A stretch of DNA of 64,000 nucleotides from Longimicrobiales bacterium (GTDB lineage: Bacteria > Gemmatimonadota > Gemmatimonadetes > Longimicrobiales > Gaopeijiaceae), in assembly GCA_041690395.1 (NCBI GenBank), contig JAWLHJ010000006.1, positions 198,530 through 262,529 of the forward strand, given 5' to 3'. Within the stretch, counting starts at the first letter, position 1; the number at the start of each line of letters is the position of its first letter. Below, in pieces: positions 57,802-64,000 of the stretch. The notes under the pieces were generated by a model, which was given only the letters and a program-made list of their open reading frames with translations, ran no database searches and was not told the origin of the DNA. The translations under genes were made by a program, and so were the position numbers.

Positions 57802-59522
57802 GCGACCGCGACGCGAAGGCACTCCGCGACCGCATCGCCCGCATCGACGGAGCCGGGTACAAGCGTTACCGGGAGATCGTGGGGTCCTGGGACCTTCCGG
57901 GCTTCACTCTCTTCGTAGACCACGCCCAGAGCGACCCGTTCGCGACACCGAGCGCCGTCCATGTCGAAATCGGCCCCGAGGGGACCCGCATCCCGGACGC
58001 CGCCGTGGGCACGAGCGCCCGTCGACTCGGCGCGGCGACTTGGCTCGCAGCACGCTTCGCTGAGGCCGCGTCGGAGGTCCGAGCCCGAGGAACCGGTCGG
58101 AGCGGCGAGGTCCGCATGGAGCACCCCGGCCAGACGGTGCTCCCTCAGACCGCCGTCATCGTCGATGCACGAGGCGGCCTCGAGGCGCGCTTCTTGGTCG
58201 GGCTTCCGGGGCGGGGACGCCGTGTCGACGGTGCGGGGGCGTCGGAGCTCCTACTCCAGACGATCCCCGATCTCGTCCGGAGCACGCTCGTCCTCGACCC
58301 GGCTGCGGCCACCGGAATCGTCGAGGCGGCGGAGACCAACGAAGACGCCGAGGCGCTGCGCGACTTCCTTCGCCGGGAGAGGCTGATCGCCTTCGTGGCC
58401 GATGGGGCGCGTCTGCCCCGCGCGAGCGGCATCGACGACCGGCCCCTCGAGACGGACGGGGTCGTTCCGTTCGAAGGCCCCCCTGAGATGCGCGCGCGCG
58501 TCGAGCTGCCGAACGCCGGAGCGGTCACGGGCATGGCAGTGCGGCCCGGCGTGACCGTCGTGACCGGTGGCGGATTCCACGGCAAGAGCACCCTGCTCCG
58601 CGCCCTGGAAGCCGGGGTCTACAATCACCGGCCGGGAGACGGCCGGGAACGCGTCGTCACCCGAGCGGACGCCGTCAAGATCCGCGCGGAGGACGGACGC
58701 TCCGTCAAGCGCGTGGACATCTCGGGCTTCATCGACGGTCTCCCTTTCGGCCGGGACACGCATGCCTTCACGACACCGAACGCGAGCGGCTCGACCAGCC
58801 AGGCGGCATCGATCGTGGAAGCCCTGGAGGCCGGAGCTCGTATCCTGCTGATCGACGAGGACACGTCGGCCACCAACTTCATGACGCGCGACCGGCGGAT
58901 GCAGGAGCTCGTCCCCTCGTCCGGAGAGCCGATCACCCCATTCGTGGACCGGGTTCGCGTTCTGTGGGACGCTCACGACGTCAGCACGGTGCTGGTGATC
59001 GGCGGCACCGGCGACTACCTGGACGTGGCCGACGCCGTGGTGCGGATGGAGGCGTACCGGCCCATGGACGTCACCGCCGAAGCCCGCTCCATCGCGGAGC
59101 GGCACCCGACCGGTCGGCGAGAGGTCGTGGAGACCGGCTGGGCCCTCCCGCCGGCGCGATCGATCGAGCCCGCGTCGCTCGACCCCCGCCGGGGCAAGCG
59201 TTCGACGTACGTGCGGGTGCCGGACGGACGGACCCTGCTGCTCGGACGACACGAGATCGACGTCTCGGCCGTCGAGCAGCTCGCGTCCCGGGCCCAGCTC
59301 AGGTCCATCGGGCTCGCCATGGCGCGTCTGGCCACGGAGGACGACGAGACATCCAGCGTGCCCGAGCTCCTGGACCGCATCGAGCGCCTCCTCGCCGATC
59401 CGGGTCTCGACGCGCTGGACCCGCGCGGGGAGCCCCGGGGCGACCTCGCCGGATTCCGGCGCTACGAGCTCGCCGCGACCCTGAGCCGGCTCCGGTCGTT
59501 GAGCGTCGGAGGCGGCGAGTGA
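57798..59522 (+). CDS. Predicted ABC-class ATPase (ABC_ATPase family)
   Basis: IDG.GYK.Y, Q.DPFA.PS, GGGFHGKST, IRAEDGR, ASGSTSQA, LLIDEDTSATNFM. Confidence 0.9.
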   Translation: MSDRDAKALRDRIARIDGAGYKRYREIVGSWDLPGFTLFVDHAQSDPFATPSAVHVEIGPEGTRIPDAAVGTSARRLGAATWLAARFAEAASEVRARGTGRSGEVRMEHPGQTVLPQTAVIVDARGGLEARFLVGLPGRGRRVDGAGASELLLQTIPDLVRSTLVLDPAAATGIVEAAETNEDAEALRDFLRRERLIAFVADGARLPRASGIDDRPLETDGVVPFEGPPEMRARVELPNAGAVTGMAVRPGVTVVTGGGFHGKSTLLRALEAGVYNHRPGDGRERVVTRADAVKIRAEDGRSVKRVDISGFIDGLPFGRDTHAFTTPNASGSTSQAASIVEALEAGARILLIDEDTSATNFMTRDRRMQELVPSSGEPITPFVDRVRVLWDAHDVSTVLVIGGTGDYLDVADAVVRMEAYRPMDVTAEARSIAERHPTGRREVVETGWALPPARSIEPASLDPRRGKRSTYVRVPDGRTLLLGRHEIDVSAVEQLASRAQLRSIGLAMARLATEDDETSSVPELLDRIERLLADPGLDALDPRGEPRGDLAGFRRYELAATLSRLRSLSVGGGE

Positions 59523-61357
59523 GCGGGGCGCCCCCAGAACCGGACGACGGGCTCCCGCTCTTCGAGCGGCCCGCCTCCGCGGGCGAAGCCGGTTGGCCCG
59601 ATCCGGGGCTGGCCGTCGCGGCGGCCGCGTCCTCGCGGCCCGTCCGACTCGACGGCTCGCGTGCGACAGCGCTCGGGACGGTGCGCGGCCCCTTGGGCGA
59701 GATCCGGTTCGGGCCCATCCGCGCCGCGGCCGATCTCACATGGGGCGACGATGCGGTGGCGAACGCCGTCGTCTCCCCGAGCCTGCTCCGCCGTGAGCAC
59801 GTCGGTCCGTCGGGCTCCTGGGAAGAGACCGTGCTGGTAGCTCCCGGGCTGCCGCTGGTCGTCCTGTCCGCCGGCCCGAAGCGCGACGGACCGCCGTCCC
59901 TCGCGTTGACGGTCCTGCCCGACGTCGCGGCTCCACGGTACCGGACGGGAAGTGGGGCGGTGACCCTCGCCGGTCCGGCCCCGGACACCTTCCTGACGCT
60001 CGTCGCGGACCCGGGCTCCTGCGCGTGGAGCGTCGAACCCGCTCCGGCCGGCGGAGCGTTGTTGAGGTGCTCCAACCCGGAGGGTATCGCCTCGGTGGTT
60101 CTCGCGTACGGATCCGAGGCCGCCATACGCGGGGCACTGAGCGGTACCCGGCAGCTGGCCGGGCATGCCCTCCGGGCCGGCGCTAGGCCCGACGACGATC
60201 TCCTGGAGCTGACTACCGGCGCGTACGGTCTGGACCACGCCGTCGCCTGGATGGAACGGCGTCTCGGATCGGGGATCGACTCGGCCCTGGCGCGAGCCTC
60301 TTCGGCTGGAGCGCCCACGGAGGGCGACGGGTGGTTGTGGGCGGGCCTCGGCGCGGCGGCCATCGGCGACCATGAACGCGCGCGAAGGTGCGCCGCGCTC
60401 CTGGAGCGGCTCGGACGCCCCGAGGCCGCCGTCTTCCTCCAAGCGCGGGCCTCGCTCTCGGACGGACGGACGGACGGGCTATTGGAGTCCGCGGAGCACG
60501 GCTTGGCCGCCACTGACGTCGAGGACCCGGCGCTCGGACGTCTCGGCCTGCGCGCGGCGGCCGACGCGCTGCGGTACGCCGCGACCGAGGCGGTGCTCGA
60601 GCGGCTGGCCGCCGCCGGAGCACGACCGGCCGGGACCGGCACGGGCGATCCGGGCGGCGACGCGGCCGGCGCGGGGCGGGGCGTCCGACTTCCCACGCTC
60701 GGCGGGCGAGCCGGATCCGTACCCGCCATCTCTCCCTCCATGACGCCCGGGGCGTGGCTCTCCCGCATGCTCGAGGGTCCGCGGGGCCGACCGGGCCCGG
60801 AGCCGCCGGTCGGCGAGGGCCGGGAGCGCGTGGCCCGTGCCTTGGGCGCCTGGGCGGCGATGGCGGCCCCGGGGGACGGGTGGAACACCTGGCGTGCCAT
60901 GGTGGCCGAAGGACTCGACTCCGGCACTCGGGGCGTCGGCTGCTGGGATTCCATCGACCCCGACACTCCTCCCGCCGTGACCGGCATCCTGCTGGCCGCG
61001 ATGGCGTTCGGCTGGCTGGGCGCGTTTCCGGACGCGCCGGTCGGGCGGCTCACGTTGAAGCCCCGGATTCCGGAGCGGGTGACCAGCTTCCGCTTCGCGG
61101 GGATCGCCATGGGTGACGTCAGGTCGGCCCTCGCCTACGAGCGGGCCGGCGCGACGCACCGCTTCGACCTGGATCCGCTCCGCGGACGGGTACCGCCTCT
61201 CATCGTCTTCGAGACCACCGTTCCCGGAGAGACTGTCCGGGTCACCATCGACGGGGTCCCCGCCGAGCTCGACGCGAGTCCGGGCCGAGCCGGTGTCACC
61301 GTACGCCTCCAGACCCCGCTCGACGCGCCGCGCCGGATCGAGATCGAGGCGGACTGA
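59519..61357 (+). CDS. Hypothetical protein, degenerate glycogen-debranching/glycoside hydrolase-like
   Basis: GTGA overlap; C-terminal G..PDAP.GRL.L.P.IP motif typical of amylo-1,6-glucosidase-like proteins; Ala/Gly-rich core. Confidence 0.55.
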   Translation: MSGAPPEPDDGLPLFERPASAGEAGWPDPGLAVAAAASSRPVRLDGSRATALGTVRGPLGEIRFGPIRAAADLTWGDDAVANAVVSPSLLRREHVGPSGSWEETVLVAPGLPLVVLSAGPKRDGPPSLALTVLPDVAAPRYRTGSGAVTLAGPAPDTFLTLVADPGSCAWSVEPAPAGGALLRCSNPEGIASVVLAYGSEAAIRGALSGTRQLAGHALRAGARPDDDLLELTTGAYGLDHAVAWMERRLGSGIDSALARASSAGAPTEGDGWLWAGLGAAAIGDHERARRCAALLERLGRPEAAVFLQARASLSDGRTDGLLESAEHGLAATDVEDPALGRLGLRAAADALRYAATEAVLERLAAAGARPAGTGTGDPGGDAAGAGRGVRLPTLGGRAGSVPAISPSMTPGAWLSRMLEGPRGRPGPEPPVGEGRERVARALGAWAAMAAPGDGWNTWRAMVAEGLDSGTRGVGCWDSIDPDTPPAVTGILLAAMAFGWLGAFPDAPVGRLTLKPRIPERVTSFRFAGIAMGDVRSALAYERAGATHRFDLDPLRGRVPPLIVFETTVPGETVRVTIDGVPAELDASPGRAGVTVRLQTPLDAPRRIEIEAD

Positions 61358-61367
61358 TGTCGTGAAG

Positions 61368-61610
61368 CTACTTCCGACGCTTCTTCTTCACCTTGGGTGG
61401 CGCCACGCTCGGGTCCACGTACCCGTTCTCGACCAGGAGCGAGTGCAGGCGCAGCTCACGCTCGGGAAGCTCGGTCTTCGCGATCTCACGCGCGAACTCG
61501 ATCCGATGGACCTCCGAGACCTTGTCGAGAATCGCGATCGGCGCCCCGTAACGGAGGAGTATGCGCTTCGCGTCGATGGCTACGGAATCATTCACGATGC
61601 CCGCCGTCAT
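61368..61610 (-). CDS. Hypothetical small protein
   Basis: 80 aa, helical, basic tail KVKKKRRK; normal codon usage. Confidence 0.7.
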   Translation of the reverse strand: MTAGIVNDSVAIDAKRILLRYGAPIAILDKVSEVHRIEFAREIAKTELPERELRLHSLLVENGYVDPSVAPPKVKKKRRK

Positions 61611-61745
61611 GCAGGAGAGGAAGATGCTCGCGCGCCCGGTCGAACGACCGGAGCGACGAATCCGGTCGGACGCGCCGAAAAGCCTGGAGCGCGCCCCGAA
61701 AGACGGTGAACGATAACGATTTGGAGCGCCCGCTCCAACGACCTG

Positions 61746-62183
61746 CTAGTGCATCGCGGGGGTATCGTCGCCGTCGTCGTCGGGATCGTTGAGCACGGAC
61801 GGGAGCACCAGCGGCCCGGTGAGATGGAAGCGCGGAACCACCACGCGGAACCGCTCCCCCGTCGGGCGCGCGAACGTATAGTAGCCTTCCATGTATCCCG
61901 CGGGAGAGCGGAGCACGCAGTAGCTCCTGTACTCGTGTGCGTCACCGGGCCGGAGGCACGGCTGCTCGCCGACCACACCCTCACCGTCCACTTCGGCGTC
62001 CTCGCCCACGGAATCGTGGATGAGCCAGTGCCGGAAGAGAAGCTTCGCCGGCGTATCCCCCTCGTTGGCCATGCTCACGTGATACGAGAAGACGAACGTT
62101 CCGTCCGTCGGGTCGGAATCGGCGAGCGAAAAGCGCGGGGCGACCTGAACCCGGATGCCTTCGGTGGCTTTCTCGTATGTCAT
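61746..62183 (-). CDS. apaG: ApaG (Co2+/Mg2+ efflux-associated) protein
   Basis: FSY.V...N, RHWLI, V.GEGVVGEQP, G.MEG.Y. Confidence 0.93.
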   Translation of the reverse strand: MTYEKATEGIRVQVAPRFSLADSDPTDGTFVFSYHVSMANEGDTPAKLLFRHWLIHDSVGEDAEVDGEGVVGEQPCLRPGDAHEYRSYCVLRSPAGYMEGYYTFARPTGERFRVVVPRFHLTGPLVLPSVLNDPDDDGDDTPAMH

Positions 62184-62201
62184 GGGTGCTCCGCGGGAGG
62201 A

Positions 62202-62702
62202 TCACATGCGATCGATGACGACCGTGTGAGTGTTACCCACCGAGAACAGAATGGAGCCACCCAGGAACTGGGCAACCGCGTTGCCGAGCTCGTCGGTGTC
62301 CGTGGTGACCGAAACCCCGATCAGGGTTCGCGTGCTCGGGTCTCCGGGGAGCCCGCCCGGCAGATCCCATCGCTCGTAGTCGAGCTCGTACCCGTTCCCC
62401 TGGAAGTCGAACCCGTCCGGCAGGTATTCCTCCAACTCCGGTGGAACGACCCCGAGCGTGGTCTCCGGAGGCCACAGGTTGGAGTCGGCGTTGTACTGGG
62501 CGGCGGCCACCCGAACGACCTCGAAGTCGGCCGCCACCTCCGTGGCCCGTGCTCGCATGAGCACCGTCCGCATATTCGGGATGGCCAGCCCCGCGAGGAT
62601 GCCCACGATGGAGACGACCACCAGGAGCTCGACCAAGGTGAAGCCGCCGTCGCGGCGGGCTCTCCCACTGGGTCGCATCGACGTCCTCCGCGACATGCTC
62701 AT
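62202..62702 (-). CDS. Type IV pilin / pseudopilin
   Basis: G|FTLVELLVVVSIVGILAGLAIP; ATGA overlap. Confidence 0.88.
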   Translation of the reverse strand: MSMSRRTSMRPSGRARRDGGFTLVELLVVVSIVGILAGLAIPNMRTVLMRARATEVAADFEVVRVAAAQYNADSNLWPPETTLGVVPPELEEYLPDGFDFQGNGYELDYERWDLPGGLPGDPSTRTLIGVSVTTDTDELGNAVAQFLGGSILFSVGNTHTVVIDRM

Positions 62703-63217
62703 CCGCCCCTCACCCTGGCGCCGAGATCCAGACCGGCGGCCCAGTCGGTGAGCGGCTGGGTCGAGTCGTACACCACGGTTTCGGTGCCGACCGAGCCGAT
62801 GAGCTGGTAGTTGTTGGTTCCACGCGGGAAATACTCGACCCCGGGCGCGGTGGTGGCACCGACGTCGTCCAGGGTGGCGGGCAGTCGACCGTTGGCCTGG
62901 CGGTAGGCCTCGATCCGGGACGCCGTGAAGAACATGGCCGTGCGGATGCCGGAGACCTGCTCCTCGGGCGGCGGCGGCTCGATGGGGTTCAGCACGACCC
63001 AGGACGGAGGCGCGATCAGCAGGTAGACCGCCAGGACGCCGAGGTTGATTCCGAGGGGTAGCATCCACTTCGGCTGCGCCTTGGGCTTCGTCTTCTTGCG
63101 CGAAGCCTCCTCGCGTTCCGCCGCGTGCTGGAGCACCTCCGCGAGGGTGTCGGCCGTTTCCTTACCGGAGCCGACATCCTTCGCGTGATAGGGCCGTACC
63201 TGGTCCTTATCGCTCAT
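62699..63217 (-). CDS. Single-TM protein with GspG-like globular domain
   Basis: IEAYRQANGRLPATL...Y.L.G resembles the pseudopilin G head; no class III leader. Confidence 0.6.
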   Translation of the reverse strand: MSDKDQVRPYHAKDVGSGKETADTLAEVLQHAAEREEASRKKTKPKAQPKWMLPLGINLGVLAVYLLIAPPSWVVLNPIEPPPPEEQVSGIRTAMFFTASRIEAYRQANGRLPATLDDVGATTAPGVEYFPRGTNNYQLIGSVGTETVVYDSTQPLTDWAAGLDLGARVRGG

Positions 63218-63383
63218 CGACGGAGGTTGGGATCGTGGTGGAGGAACGGAGTGGGGCGGGGTCGGCGCGCCGACCGGGTCGTGTCATGATATTCCAGATC
63301 GGCGTCGAAGGACAGGTCCGATCCCCCAATCTCGCCGTCCCACCCGGCTCGACTCCACCCCTGGCCCTGGGTAACTTCGAGCG

Positions 63384-64000
63384 ATGAGCACCCGCGAGCT
63401 GTCCCGTTCAGAAGAGGACTACCTGAAGGCCATCTATGGCCTGTCGGAGTCCGGCGATCCAGCCTCCACCTCGGCCATCGCGACGGTGCTGGACATCCAG
63501 CCGGCGTCGGTCACCGGCATGGTGAAGCGGATGGCGGAAAGCGGGCTCCTGGAGCACATACCGTACAAGGGCGTGCGCCTGACCGACCGGGGGGCACGAG
63601 AGGCCCTTCGAGTTCTCCGGCGGCACCGGATCCTGGAGACGTACCTGTGCGAGCGGCTCGGCTTCTCCTGGGACGACGTACACGCGGAAGCGGAGCGTCT
63701 CGAGCACGCGGCCTCCGACCGGCTCGTCGAACGCATGGCGGCCGCGCTCGAGTTCCCGAGCTACGATCCGCACGGGGCACCGATCCCGACCAAGAGCGGA
63801 CAGATCGAGTCCACCGACCCCGCGACGCTGGCCGACGCCCGTCTGGGCGACCGGGTCCGCATCCGCGCCGTCCGGGACGAGGACTCGGAGACGCTCCGCT
63901 CCATCGCCGAAGAGGGGCTGCTCCCGGGCGTCAGGGTCGAGGTCCGGAGCCGCCCGAACGGTGAAGGCTCCATCGGCGTGAGCCTCGGGGGTGAGGGTGG
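63384..64000 (+). CDS. DtxR/MntR-family metal-dependent regulator with FeoA domain, 3'-truncated by the window
   Basis: Read by hand, absent from the ORF track: MSTRELSRSEEDYLKAIY...PASVTGMVKRM...RRHRILETYL...HAEAERLEH...DPHGAPIP. Confidence 0.93.
   Translation, partial: MSTRELSRSEEDYLKAIYGLSESGDPASTSAIATVLDIQPASVTGMVKRMAESGLLEHIPYKGVRLTDRGAREALRVLRRHRILETYLCERLGFSWDDVHAEAERLEHAASDRLVERMAAALEFPSYDPHGAPIPTKSGQIESTDPATLADARLGDRVRIRAVRDEDSETLRSIAEEGLLPGVRVEVRSRPNGEGSIGVSLGGEG

Overview
This is a very GC-rich bacterial chromosomal segment. By inference from gene content it is Gemmatimonadota-like: a PorX-type REC-PglZ regulator, an orphan duplicated MacB-like permease, a stand-alone TonB plug protein and many lineage-type hypotheticals. 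Most of it is housekeeping: recF-DUF721-gyrB, ssb, rpsU, thiolase/hbd/leuB-like, an LPS/lipid A cluster (Kdo kinase, GT9, GT2, LpxL-like, MsbA-like), a four-gene type IV minor-pilin operon, TonB, heme O synthase, DmpA peptidase, beta-CASP nuclease, serA with a class V aminotransferase, dCMP deaminase, typA, a TonB receptor/lipoprotein pair, Wzz, an M20 peptidase, an SLC13 permease, a deoxyhypusine-synthase-like gene, apaG and a partial DtxR/MntR. I found no rRNA, tRNA, cas genes, transposase or prophage. The most interesting signals are: (i) a four-gene hypothetical module at 5479-7980 with two paralogues of an unnamed domain, an RHH-like protein and a candidate sigma54 promoter; (ii) a family of non-autonomous terminal-inverted-repeat (TIR) elements with paired internal hairpins at 25156-25431 and 56660-56985, plus solo end remnants starting at TAG stop codons; (iii) a decayed 61-bp-period repeat upstream of the PglZ regulator; (iv) a sigma54/IHF/enhancer-like layout upstream of the pilin operon; and (v) an 11-bp-phased TGAGTA triplet between thiolase and hbd. 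All calls come from motif recognition by eye; no database searches were run.
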